Positions 46,259-57,563 of a stretch of 64,000 nucleotides of DNA are shown piece by piece. The first letter of the stretch is position 1; each line of letters starts with the position of its first letter. Origin of the DNA: Diplonema japonicum (taxonomy: Eukaryota; Protista; Euglenozoa: Diplonemea); NCBI GenBank assembly GCA_964019335.1, contig OZ025719.1, positions 124,001 to 188,000 of the forward strand. Reading direction: 5' to 3'. A model generated the notes under the pieces. That model did no database searches. It was not told the origin of the DNA and saw only the letters and a program-made list of their open reading frames with translations. The translations under genes and the position numbers were made by a program.

Positions 46259-46465
46259 TTTTTCTTTTCTTTTTTAGCCATTTGTGTCGTGTGGTTGTCT
46301 TGTGCATTCCCCGTTCCTTTGTTGCTGGATTCGGGGATGCGTTGGTTTACGAGGGGGGGGGTTTTTTTTTTCCCTCCAGCTTTTTTTTTCTATCCCCGCA
46401 TAAAACGTTGCCGCTGGTGGTGCGTTCTGGAGCTTTTTTTTTTTTTTAAATGTCTCTTTTTTTTT

Positions 46466-46511
<46 letters not shown>

Positions 46512-46612
46512 CTTCTTCTTCCAAATTATTGAAATAAAAAGAAAAACAAAAAGAATGATTCCGATCCAATCGAAAGACAAAGCAAAACACACATTTCTTT
46601 TTTTTTTTTTAA

Positions 46613-47509
46613 CCATTAAACCCACATGTCATATATATATGACATAAAAAAAAAAAAAAAGAAAAAAAAATCTATAGGCCTTTTGGTCAAATTATGACCT
46701 TTCTTTCACTTTTCTGACGCCATTGCGCGATTTTTTCCACTTTGTTTGGCTAAATGCTGCCCTTTCTCAGCATTATTTTAAGAATTTGAGAGGTCGAAAA
46801 TCCGGGGGAAAATGATTTGAGAATGAAGAATACTCGACTGGAGCAGAGGGCTGGTCGTGAGTGATGAAGAATGCAAAGAAATGTCGGAAAATGGTAGTTC
46901 TGAGTCTAGTAGTACTTGGGGGGAGGAAAGTGTGGAAGAATTGGAGGAAATGGGGTGGAAAGAGGCACTGTAATCGAACCAGCAGACGACCCAACAGGGA
47001 AGAGCCCTCTCCAGCTTTTTTATTCGTTTTTTACTCCATGGCCCTCGGCTATGAATGTTCCACCTGTGGCAAGTGCCTCTATTCCACACCTTGCTTTTGG
47101 CTTTACCACCTGAACGGGGACATCACCGAGGATGATCTTCAGGAGCCCGAAACACCGACAAGTACCAGAAACTCACTGATGGACCCCCGGACCCCCTCCA
47201 CTGGCCAGAGAGGTGTGAAACGCAAGCTAAATCTGGGCTAGAATAGTGTTACAAGGGGTTTTTAGTGCATTTTATTATTATTTATTTTGCACTTTTTTCT
47301 ACTCCTCTTCCCCCCCTTACCAAAAAGGGTGTTGGGTCAAAAATCATAAGTTCAAAAGCCAGTTCAGGGGAACCCTGATACCTGAATGTCTCCAGAGGTC
47401 ATTTCTCCATAAAAAGAACACTTTGTATGGTTAAATGCTGCCATTTTTTTGAATTTTTTGGAATCGCAAAAATGGGCTTTTTTCGGTTTTTTGCCTGTGG
47501 GTTTAATGG
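46613..47509 (+). mobile_element. Non-autonomous piggyBac-like element (second family)
   Basis: TTAA|CCATTAAACCCACA ... TGTGGGTTTAATGG|TTGA; remnant YECSTCGKCLYSTPCFWLYH resembles the piggyBac C-terminal Cys-rich domain. Confidence 0.7.
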
Positions 47510-48988
47510 TTGAATTATAAAAAAATAAAAAAAAAAGAATGTTGTGGGTTACAAATAATCTTTTTATAATAATCTTTTTGCGTGCAAACAAAACAACAGG
47601 CAGAGTTAAGATGGTGTTATTTGACTTTTTTTTTCTTTTTTTTTTTTAGGTGGCCGCTGTGTCACATACTGCATGGCACCACTAAAATCGAGACAACTTT
47701 TTTTTCCCCCCTCAAGTTCTATTATCGAGACAAACGCGCAACGAGCACAATTTTCTATTAGGTAAAAATTAGGTTCGTGCGCACAAGCCCCCCTTCCCCC
47801 CCCCTTAAAAAAGAGAGGTAAAATAAAAAATGCGAGGAGAAAAAAAAAAGGTTTTCAAAAAAAGAAAAAAAAAAAAAAGAAGAAAAGTGTGAAAAACCAC
47901 GAAGAATGGCGCCCTACGATGAGAATAATAGAGTTCGTTTTTTTTCTTCTTTTTTTTTTTCCTTTTTTTTTCCCCCCCTTCTCGGTTTTACTTGTTATTT
48001 TTTTCCCTTTCTTTCTCTTTCAACACCATTTCAGCTACCTGCACAACAACAACAACAACATGCACCCACCTGCTACAACCCTCACAAAAGAGGGGAGGGT
48101 TGCCTTGGTCGGCGCTGTTTCAAAAGGGGACCTTGAGGAGATGAGGAAACTTGTTCTGGAGCGGGGTGTCGACCCTGGTGCAACGGACAGCGATGGTTTC
48201 ACAGCCCTGCACCATGCAGCTCGCGAAAACAACTGTGTCAAGGCTGTGGCTGCTCTCGTCTCTTCTTACCACCAGGACCCTGGTGTCAGAAGCAACGATG
48301 GTTGGACACCCGTTCATGAAGCATCGGAGAACGGCCACGAGACAGTTAAATATCTCGTCGAATCTCTCGGTCAAGACGCAGGTGTCAAAAACAATAACGG
48401 TAGGACACTGGTTCATCAAGCAGCAAAGAACAGCCACCTGGAGACAGTTAAATATCTTATTGAAATTAGCGATTGCAACGTAGGTGTCAAGAGCAACGAC
48501 GGTTGGACACCGGTTCATGCTGCAACACAGAACGGCCATCTGGAGACAGTTAAATATCTCGTCGAATCTCTCGGTCAAGACGCAGGTGTTAAAAGCTACG
48601 ACGGTAGGACACCGGTTCATCTAGCAGCCACTTGGAGACTGTTAAATATTTTGTTGAAACGCACTCTTTCCGTTTCATACACAAAAAAAAAAAAGAAAAA
48701 ACAATTTTGTCAAATGCAACGACGGAATGACACCGGTTCATCTAGTAGCACTGAACGGCCACCTGGAGATAGTTAAATATCTTATTGAAACTCGCGGTCT
48801 CGACACAGGTGTCAAAATGCAACGACGGTTGGACACCGGTTCATGCTGCAGCACAGAACGGCCACCTGGAGATAGTTAAATATCTTGAAACTCGAGGCCA
48901 AGATGCAGGTGTCAAATGCAACGGTGGTCGGACACCAATCTGGCAACATGGTACGGCCACCTGGAGACAGTTAAATATATTGTTGAAA

Positions 48989-49518
48989 GGTGGCAGCAGG
49001 GGTGCGCCCCAGGTGAGTAACGACACCTCCACCTTAAATGTGAGTTAACTCGCTCTGTGTCCAGGTGCGATGCGCGGCAGCAGCGACATGGGAGGGGAAC
49101 ATCTGCCAATTGAACATTGCGCAGGGTTCATCCCACCAATCCTTAGCTGGTCTGCAGGCGGTCGCCATGGGAGGTTTGCTAGAGGGCGGGCAGGGCCTGT
49201 CCCCAACGGTGGTGGTCTGGGTCGGCACGGTTGGCTCTCAGACCAGTAGTCGCTCCCAGTGGGCGAGCTCTCTGAGGGGCCGTGACCGAACCAGGCTGCC
49301 ATCGGGGGGACGCGGGCAGTCGTGGGCACACGCTGCGCGGTGTGTATTACGCATTCGTTACCTCGAAGGGGGTATAATGATTCTTGAGAAGAAAGCACAC
49401 ACCTAATGGGCGGAGCTCTGGTAAAGCTTTGTAAGTGCAACCACTTCGATGGATGAATAATTCTGGAGCAAACATCGCGAAAAAAAAAAAGAAAAAAAAA
49501 AAAAAAAAAAAAAAAAAA
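48989..49518 (+). mobile_element. Poly(A)-tailed retroposed insert with a ~9-bp TSD
   Basis: TTGTTGAAA (48980-48988), ~490-bp body, long A tail, TTATTGAAA (49520-49528). Confidence 0.7.
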
Positions 49519-49834
49519 CTTATTGAAACTCGAGGCCATGACGCAGGTGTCAAATGCAACGGTGGTCTGACACCAATTCATCAGGCAGCACTGAAGGGCC
49601 ACCTGGAGATAGTTAAATATCTTGTTGAAACTCTCGGTCAAGATGCAGGCGTTAAATGTAACAACGGTCGGACACCGGTTCATCAAGCAGCGGATTGCGG
49701 CCGCCTCGAGATGGTAAAGTATCTTGTCGAAACTCGCGGTCAAGACTCTCTCAGCAAAAGCAACAGTGGTCTGACACCAATTCATCATGCAGCACTGAAG
49801 GGCCACCTGGAGATAGTTAAATATCTTGTTGAAA

Positions 49835-49873
49835 GGAGAGGTGCGGCATCACGCACTCTTTCCGTCTCATACA

Positions 49874-49904
<31 letters not shown>
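49835..49904 (+). mobile_element. 70-bp poly(A)-tailed insert with a perfect 9-bp TSD
   Basis: TTGTTGAAA at 49826-49834 and 49905-49913; body ...CGCACTCTTTCCGTCTCATACAC(A)30; a shorter sibling lies at 48660-48701. Confidence 0.75.
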
Positions 49905-49907
<3 letters not shown>

Positions 49908-50300
49908 TTGAAACTCGAGGCCATGACGCAGGTGTTAAATGCAACGATGGTTGGACACCGGTTCATCAAGCAGCGGAGAGCGGACCACCTGGAGATTGTG
50001 AAATATCTTGTCGAAACTCGTGGTCAAGACGCTCTCAGCAGAAGCAAGAGTGGCCGGACACCAATTCATCTGGAGGGCCGACTCGAGACAGTTAAATATC
50101 TTGTTGAAACTCTCGGTCAAGATGCAGGCGTTAAATGTAACGACGGCTGGACACCGGTTCATCAAGCATACTCCCCCCTTAGCAACACTTACTCTAGTGA
50201 ACCTTTCTTTTGTTTTTTTGTTTTTATTTTTTATTTTAATAATCCCGCAATAAAAGAATATACACACAAGCCGGTGGGGGGCAAGAAAAAAAAAAGGGAA

Positions 50301-51332
50301 ATGTTAAAACAAGAACCCTTTACAAGAGATGTCAAGCTGGAGCGGAACATCTCGGGGAGCACGATAGCCTACTCAGACGGCGAAAGGAACCAAAAATTTT
50401 TGAATCGATTGAGCGCGCTTTTGGCCGCACCGTTCCCCCAAGAGGAGAACGTTAAGGAAATCGTGGCGTGGATGCACAAGCAGGGAGAACCGGGGGAACT
50501 ACCGCAAATCCTGTCCAACAAAATGCAGCGAGCCGCGGCGCAAAAATCAAAAGGGATCCGAGACGAGGAGCTGGAACGGCTGTGGATGGTCCTGGGGCGG
50601 GCATTACTGGATCTGGGAAAACAGTGGAGGGAGGCAATGTTCAAAACATTCGCACCGGAACCCGCAACAAACCGCCGCTACGCAGTGGAGCACGGCTACA
50701 TTTTACACTGGGGTAAGTTCATGCCGGAAGGCTTAGAATCGACTAACCTTCTGGCCCAATTAGAAGACAGAAGTATTTTACCGCCCTCTGTGTTGGCATC
50801 TCTAACAGATCGCAGAGAGAATGTGAGCCGGGCTCTGATGGCGGACTTCGACGGTGATGTGGACTACTTCTTTGCCGCCACACAGTCGGAATTGAAGGCC
50901 ATGGAAGTGTGGGAGTACCCCGTGGTGACGAAAGAAGATTTCCAAAAACTCATCAACCCCCTGGCTATGGAGAGGCAACAATCTCTTATGGAACAGGAAC
51001 TAGCCGACAAGAATCGGCCCATGCCCCTTTCCGAACAGGTTCGTCTCACTACTGGAAACAGGCCGGCTTGTGATGAGTTAATGCCTTTGTCTAAGCCTAA
51101 GGTCTTATTGCCACTCGCACCTGTTTCTTATGTACGGTCGGGGGGAACTGCATTGCCGCCCCCGCATTTGCGGAAACGCAAGGCGGTGGTGCCTAGTTTT
51201 GAACCGTCAGACGATATTTGCATAGTAGGGGAGGCGCCCCCCGTGCTCTCTTCCCCGCAGAAGAAAAAGCGCAAAGTGCGAAAACCGACAAATTTCGCAA
51301 ATTCGAAGGAAGATGCAATATACTTGGATTAA
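50301..51332 (+). CDS. Hypothetical protein, likely nuclear
   Basis: Open 343-codon frame from ATG 50301 with coding-like composition; C-terminal PQKKKRKV NLS-like motif. Confidence 0.7.
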   Translation: MLKQEPFTRDVKLERNISGSTIAYSDGERNQKFLNRLSALLAAPFPQEENVKEIVAWMHKQGEPGELPQILSNKMQRAAAQKSKGIRDEELERLWMVLGRALLDLGKQWREAMFKTFAPEPATNRRYAVEHGYILHWGKFMPEGLESTNLLAQLEDRSILPPSVLASLTDRRENVSRALMADFDGDVDYFFAATQSELKAMEVWEYPVVTKEDFQKLINPLAMERQQSLMEQELADKNRPMPLSEQVRLTTGNRPACDELMPLSKPKVLLPLAPVSYVRSGGTALPPPHLRKRKAVVPSFEPSDDICIVGEAPPVLSSPQKKKRKVRKPTNFANSKEDAIYLD

Positions 51333-51442
51333 AAGAGAGAACAAAAAGTGTTTTTTTTTTTTTTTTTTCATTTTTCGAATTCTTTATGAACAGTGTTTCT
51401 TTTGAGGGGGTTTTAAAAAAAAAAAAGAAAAAAGGGGGGGGA

Positions 51443-52993
51443 ATGGACGCCGATTTAACTGAAATTCGTGTCAACGAAACCTTAGAGATATTCAACGATT
51501 GGTGCTGTGGAAAGGACTATGTGGACTTTTTCAGTTTCGCCACGGCGGTCATGTCGCAGAGCAACATGACCAACCTCCGCACCAGGGAGAGGTTCGCCGC
51601 AGAGATGAAAAAACTGATCGCGCTGGGACGCAACAACGACATGCGACAGGAGCCCTTCACCCCCTTCGTCCTAGGGATAACTGAACACCTAACACCGGAG
51701 GAATGGGACGACTTCGCGAGATCACTATTCAGAGCGTCCCCTAGGTTAACATCTCCGTGTTTGGTGTACCACCTGGAAATCGATGGGAGAACCCGGTTCA
51801 ACATAAAAGTTGTAAACGCACTCCGTCGGTGGGACAGAAAGTCCCGCGGAATGGTGCATACTGACGATATTAACGAAGCGTTGCGAACGCAAAACATAAC
51901 GTTGGAAAACCCTGCGAGATTCCACCCGTTGTATAAGGTTCGCTTCGAAGATCCTGAAGGCGGGGAGGACCTTTCAGAAACAACGGTTAGCTTCTACAAG
52001 TCAATGCTATCATACACCCACGGGGCGGCGTACGTTGCAAAATGCCTCAACATCACCTCCACAACTAACGTGGACGAACGAGACTGCTACATCTTAGAAG
52101 AAGGATTCAACAAACTGTGGAAGATCCGCGAGGAAAAAAAACGCCGCCCGAAAACAAGACCAGCCTGCGTACGTGTTGGCATCGAGACCACCATCACACA
52201 TCTACAATGCCAGATATGCAAATACTGCATGCTGGCCATGGACGAGACAGGTTCGGTCTCCGCAGCGTCCGTTCGCGCTGAACGGGAATGCAGTTCTTGC
52301 GGAGTGACGCACGGCGATTGGCGTGGTTTGCCTGCCTCTGTAGCCGCGAAAAAAGCCGTGGAAAGCGTTAACGTTGACAAGATTGCCAGGATGGTGGCAA
52401 TGCGGGATGAAACTCGGGAAAAACTGATATGTTTCACGCCCGAACCCCAACAACAGAAGAGACAGAAGAAACCTTCCATAGTTCGTTGTATACAACGGGA
52501 GGCAACACCACCTACGTCCTGCGCTCCACGAATGGTCGCAAATGTGCTGTTGCAGTGCGGTGCTTGCAATCGGACGCTCCTAGACATGGACGCTCATGGT
52601 GCACCGCTTGACACGCCTTCGCATGCTTACGGTGGACGGTTTACCTTGCAGTGCCCCGGGTGTCACATCCCTGAACCGAAATGGGCAGCGGTTAACCTTT
52701 TTGATGAGCTCGCAAAAATTGACCCTTCGAAGCCTTGGTTATATCCTAAGGCTGCCGTGCCATTGCCGCTTCCTGAACCGGTGTGTGCTCCACAGAAATC
52801 GGGTACTAAATCGCCTTCTCGAGACTCACCTTACATTGAGTGCCTGCTTTGTGGGAGGCTTCAGCTACGTATTGACCAGCATGGAAGGCATCTTCCATTG
52901 AGTGTTGGCACGGATGAGAGGTACACGCCGTTGGACTGCCCTGGGTGCGGGGAGAGGCACACGGATTGGGTCGAAAGCAAACCGATTGAATGA
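51443..52993 (+). CDS. Hypothetical protein with degenerate EF-hand-like segments and three C4 zinc-ribbon-like repeats
   Basis: ATG at 51443; three units [LI]xCxxC..L.xD..G...CxxC......W; EF-like IFNDWCCGKDYVDFFSF and WDRKSRGMVHTDDI. Confidence 0.75.
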   Translation: MDADLTEIRVNETLEIFNDWCCGKDYVDFFSFATAVMSQSNMTNLRTRERFAAEMKKLIALGRNNDMRQEPFTPFVLGITEHLTPEEWDDFARSLFRASPRLTSPCLVYHLEIDGRTRFNIKVVNALRRWDRKSRGMVHTDDINEALRTQNITLENPARFHPLYKVRFEDPEGGEDLSETTVSFYKSMLSYTHGAAYVAKCLNITSTTNVDERDCYILEEGFNKLWKIREEKKRRPKTRPACVRVGIETTITHLQCQICKYCMLAMDETGSVSAASVRAERECSSCGVTHGDWRGLPASVAAKKAVESVNVDKIARMVAMRDETREKLICFTPEPQQQKRQKKPSIVRCIQREATPPTSCAPRMVANVLLQCGACNRTLLDMDAHGAPLDTPSHAYGGRFTLQCPGCHIPEPKWAAVNLFDELAKIDPSKPWLYPKAAVPLPLPEPVCAPQKSGTKSPSRDSPYIECLLCGRLQLRIDQHGRHLPLSVGTDERYTPLDCPGCGERHTDWVESKPIE

Positions 52994-53320
52994 ACGGGTT
53001 CGGCGAGAGGTTCTTTACAGTCCTCTCATTTTTTTTTCTTTCTTTTTTTTTCGTCGTGAAATGGTCAGCCCGCTAAATTCAAAATACCGTGAAGGGGGGG
53101 GGGGGGAGGGGACAAACGAAAAGGAAAAAAAAAAAAAGAAAAGAAACTGATGGTTCACGATGCAGAAGTGGCTAGGTCGAAAGCCTTGTACAAGAAGGCG
53201 GCGATGGAGAGCTGCAGGGGAATTCTGAAAGAAACTGCAACTTGAAAGCACACCGACCCCGAGCTGGTTCCTGAAGATTGATGTGGAGACTCGAACGAAC
53301 TCCCTTCCATTTTTTTTTTT

Positions 53321-53477
53321 ACCCGGGACGCACCGGCTGGGGTTGAGCTGTACACCGCATGCATTAAGGACACGACGCGGAACGCAGAAGAAGCTACAAC
53401 TCGGCCGCGGCGCGCCCCCTGTAATCAAGTAGACAGTTCTTGTGCAGGGCGCCGCCAACACCGGCCTCCTTTAACTC
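53321..53477 (+). mobile_element. SINE-like or truncated retroposon (family E) between T-runs
   Basis: GC-rich ~157 bp ending CCTCCTTTAACTC, followed by (AT)n and a T-run; partial copy at 16311-16385. Confidence 0.5.
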
Positions 53478-53509
<32 letters not shown>

Positions 53510-53629
53510 ACAACTTTATACTTTAAACTCCCGAGAGGTGGCTTCATCGCTGATAAGTCCCTAGGCCTGCACAACGCCTCTTGTTAGTTCCGCGGTCCGG
53601 TGGGAAGGGACGAAACCGTATTTTTTTTA

Positions 53630-53668
<39 letters not shown>

Positions 53669-53712
53669 CTCGTTCGTATTACTTAAAATAATTAAATAGG
53701 GGGATAAAAGCA

Positions 53713-54186
53713 ATGGTGTTCCTCCTCAAAGGTATGGGTGAGGAGTACGAGGTCGAGAAGGACGGGGGCGGTGTGTTGCTGAAGAGGCCTGTTCGAGTTT
53801 GTTCCAAAGCAATGGAGATGCTGGACGCCTTCGGAGTGTGTCTTGGGTACGGTGTGATATTTAGAAGGAAGGAGGCAAGTCACTGCGGGATAGAAACAGA
53901 AGACCGGGCAGGCGATATCGAGCTGCCCATCCCCACAGGAACCACAGGCATGCCTGGTACTGACCCAACTATTCCCAGTCCTGCCTCGGCCTTTGCTTCG
54001 TTGCACGCACCCCTTCAGTTTCGTTCTCTTTACCTATCCAAGGCTGCGCTTCCACCTTCGAGGTCGTCCTCCGTTCCAGCTATCATTACTCCTAGGTCCT
54101 TGTGTGGTTCACCTGCACCTGAGAATCCTCCAGTCTTCGCAGCCATCGACCCTTCCATAGATTCTCTAAAAAGAAGAATCCCTTAG
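53713..54186 (+). CDS. Small hypothetical protein with a Pro/Ser-rich C-terminal half
   Basis: 157-aa ATG ORF that fills a homopolymer-free island. Confidence 0.55.
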   Translation: MVFLLKGMGEEYEVEKDGGGVLLKRPVRVCSKAMEMLDAFGVCLGYGVIFRRKEASHCGIETEDRAGDIELPIPTGTTGMPGTDPTIPSPASAFASLHAPLQFRSLYLSKAALPPSRSSSVPAIITPRSLCGSPAPENPPVFAAIDPSIDSLKRRIP

Positions 54187-55160
54187 GGGGGGGGGAAAAA
54201 AACTGTCTAATATATATTTATATGTGGCGCGCAACACCCCGCGAACGTTAATTGTCTAGTTTTTTTTTTTTTTGATTTTATTTCCACACTAATTTTTTTT
54301 TTTTTTTTTTTTCCCTTCGTTTTTCTATTTTTTTTTTTTGTTAGTCCGTACTATCCACCCTTTCTCCCCCCCCTTTTTTGTTTCTTTGAAAAAAAAAAAA
54401 AAAAAAAAAAAAAGAGAGAGTTGAAAACTGAGATTTAAGAAATAAATAGAAAGAGAGAAAGAATTCCAGATTAGAGTTCCACAAAACAAGTCACGAGAGA
54501 AATCTTTAGAGACAATGGGGGGGGGGGGGGGCACGAAGAAGGAAAAAGTGAAACCTGTTAGCATCTCCTTTTTTCTTTTTTTCTTATTCGTGTGCTATTT
54601 CCTTTTAATCTCCATCCATGTCCCCCCCCCCCCCTTCCCTCTCAATAGGAGTGGAAAGAAAGAAAATGAAAAAAGAAAAGTGAGAAGCAAACTCGCTTTA
54701 TTTATTCTATTTTATTCTCTGCCTCCACTGATTCAATGAAGAGAATGAAGAAGAAAAAAGAAGATTGGGGTGGGGGTAAAAAAAAAGCCGTAACTTTAAA
54801 AAAAGAAGGACCCAGCAGCATGAAAGCTGCGACGTACTCTACTTTTTCCTCTTTTTTTTTCTTTTTTTCTGGGGTGTCCCACAAAAGGCCCCCTTTAACT
54901 CTGAATGTAGTATTTTGTAAAAAAAAAGGGGGAGGGGAGGAAATTAAATAATAATTTCTGTGTTATTTTTTTTTTCCCCCTTTCATTCTGTTCTTCTTTT
55001 CTTCTTCATCTTCTTCCCCTCAGCTCCACCTTGTGAAGTGTGTAAATCAGACTTCACCCGTTTCTCGTCCCGAATCCCCACCTGGCTATGCTGCTTCTTC
55101 CTTCTTTCCACAGGTTTTGACGTGTTTTAAAGTAAATTGAAGCGATGCAAAAAAAAGGAA

Positions 55161-55191
<31 letters not shown>

Positions 55192-55367
55192 AAAAACAAA
55201 CAAACAAAAACAAATTAAAGAGAGAGAAAACTATTGAAAAAAAAAAGGGGGGGAGGGTACCGTATCCTTTAGGTTTTTATTATTTTCCTTTTTTTTTATA
55301 CTTATTCTTCGTAAGTTTGTTGCCACCACAACCACGACCAGACCCCCTCCCCCCGTCTCTCCCCCCA

Positions 55368-56669
55368 ATGCCGAGGGAGACTCACAACGATCGTGAAAGC
55401 GACGCCTTGATAAGGAAATTAAAGGACGACCTGCTGCTGCGGTCGATAAAAGAATGGAGGGTGGACCAAGAACTGGGAAAGAAAATTATCGACGGTGCGC
55501 TAGTGTCGCCGAACGAAAAAGGATGGGAGGACGGCGACAAGATAGAAGAGCGGGCCATCCGCGCAGTGGGACGAAGACAAGCCCTCGACGAGTACATGCT
55601 AAGAAAAGCAAAACAAATAGACCACCTAAGAGAGGACAGCGAGAACTCCTCCGACCGCCTCCGCCACCTCTCTGAGTATATTCTAGACATCCTCCGCCCC
55701 TTCATAGACTGGGACTCCAAAATGTACACAAGATACTGCCGCGTGTACGGCCAAAACCCGGAATCGCTCGCAGAAGAAATTCTTGAAGACGGGAAGGAAC
55801 GAGAAGAATGGGCCATCCAAGTAGCTCAACGTGTAACACGTGCTGGGAAGTCATCGACAGAGGTTCTAGAAAAACTCCGTTTGGCGGAAAACAAAAACCA
55901 CCACGACATTCAAAAAATCCGGGAGGGGGCGAAGATGGAAGCGAGCAGCATAAGAGAACACTGGGAAGCATCGCTAATCGGGCTCGAAGAGGAATACTGC
56001 AACTTGGAAATCGTGAACAGAGAACAACGTTTCCACTTGAAACGAGGCTCAAACTATAAAACAAAGTCCCCCGCCCGCGACAGAGACACAATCGAAAATG
56101 AGGAAAGACGCACAGCCACCAACTCCATCCTATACCCCTCTGAAGGATCGCCCTTCAGAGGCGGGGGTTATGAGAAGCTTTCTCAAAGGAAATGGGAGGA
56201 AATAGAACACGCAGAAGAAGCGCTCGAGGCCGACAAGGAAGCGTTGAAACATCTCTCCGAGCTCGCCAAGCGTAGAGCCAGCGAACGTGCTGAGCTAATC
56301 GATGTCCGGGACATGCTCCTCAAAGAAGTCGACGCTGCACGGCTTGCTCTCCTTGATGGGTCAAAGCTCCCGTTTGATGGGGACATGGCCACCATCATCA
56401 GTCACTACACAAAACGGCACAGAAGTACGTCTCCCTCGCCAACTTCAACTAGACGTGGGTACCGATCGCCCACACCCACCCCTCCTACTGCTACGCGTCG
56501 TGCCCTGCCATCTCCTATTAGATCTGTTCCGGGGTCCATTGGGAGGGTCCCTTCACACTCCCCTGGGAGGACCGCGACACCGCGTACCAGTTCTCCTGCC
56601 GTTCCTGCTCGTCGGCACTCTGCGATAGGTGAACGGCTCCACCGTGGCGGGCATAGGACAGAAGTATGA
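55368..56669 (+). CDS. Hypothetical coiled-coil protein with an S/P/R/T-rich tail
   Basis: ATG at 55368; E/K/R-rich helical body and SP-rich disordered C-terminus. Confidence 0.75.
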   Translation: MPRETHNDRESDALIRKLKDDLLLRSIKEWRVDQELGKKIIDGALVSPNEKGWEDGDKIEERAIRAVGRRQALDEYMLRKAKQIDHLREDSENSSDRLRHLSEYILDILRPFIDWDSKMYTRYCRVYGQNPESLAEEILEDGKEREEWAIQVAQRVTRAGKSSTEVLEKLRLAENKNHHDIQKIREGAKMEASSIREHWEASLIGLEEEYCNLEIVNREQRFHLKRGSNYKTKSPARDRDTIENEERRTATNSILYPSEGSPFRGGGYEKLSQRKWEEIEHAEEALEADKEALKHLSELAKRRASERAELIDVRDMLLKEVDAARLALLDGSKLPFDGDMATIISHYTKRHRSTSPSPTSTRRGYRSPTPTPPTATRRALPSPIRSVPGSIGRVPSHSPGRTATPRTSSPAVPARRHSAIGERLHRGGHRTEV

Positions 56670-56681
56670 AAAAAATTTAGG

Positions 56682-56742
<61 letters not shown>

Positions 56743-57563
56743 TCCTGCGCTTGTTCGACGGCAGCTTATCGCACCGTCACCCATCAGGCGGGTCACGCCT
56801 TCCCCCAGTAGGGGGTATAGAAGGCCACCCTCGGGAAGTAGGAGCAACAACCCGTGAGAATAGTAAGTTTTTTTTTTTTTTTGTAAATATCAAGGAAAGA
56901 AGAAGAAGGGGGAGGGGGGGAAGCTCTCACTTCCTTATCCCCAATTACTTGTAAACCTGTGTTTTTTTTTTTAATTTTATTTTATGGGAAAAATCCACGC
57001 TACTCCTCCCTCTCCCACTCTCCCCTTGTATTAAAGTAACACGTCCTCTGGGAAGCTGGTAGACTTCACGCTTTATTTTGAAGGGGAAAAAAAGGGGAGG
57101 GGGGGCAAACTAAAATTAATAGACATCTGATTCAAAAAGAAAGGGGGGGAACAATCATGAAAACCTCTTTTTTCTTCTCTCCTCCTTTTTATTTTTTTTT
57201 CTCTTTTTATTTCTTCTTTTTTCTTATTTCATCCCCCCCTCCTTTTATTGTAACCCTTTTTTTTTAACAAGAAACTCCACCACCAAAAAAAAAAAAAAAA
57301 AAAAAAAAAAACTAGACGAACGAAATAATTATCTTGGAGGAAACAAAACAAAAAAAAAAAAAGAAGTCCCTAGTAATAATCTTTCCCCCCCGCCCGCCCC
57401 CCGTCTCCCATTTCCTTTCTTTGTTTTATTATTATCATCAAAAAAACCGTCATTTCTTTTTCTTTTTTTTTTTTAAAACCAACAAGAAAAAAAAAGGGGG
57501 TGGAGAGGGGTCCCTTTTTTTTTTTTTCTTCTTTTATAGTTCATATATCACCCTCTCCTTCAA

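Larger units (their letters stand above)
48060..50200 (+). pseudogene. Ankyrin-repeat gene disrupted by frameshifts and three insertions
   Basis: Many ~102-bp units encoding G(W/R/L)TP(V/I)H.AA..GHLE.VKYLVE..G.DAGVK in several frames; the first ~200 codons from ATG 48060 are open. Confidence 0.8.

Noticed and set aside
48660-49904. Ankyrin inserts as spliceosomal or non-canonical introns
   Set aside because: They have poly(A) tails and target duplications, lack GT-AG ends, and other frameshifts remain after removal. RNA-seq would be needed to exclude this fully.
48060-50200. Regularly spaced repeats as a CRISPR array
   Set aside because: The units are ~102-bp ankyrin-coding repeats without unique spacers; no cas genes; eukaryotic context.
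53713-54186. Possible further member of the RRM-like family (starts MVFLLKG)
   Set aside because: It lacks QVH, TIYV, the QT box and HxPY; the similarity is limited to a few residues.
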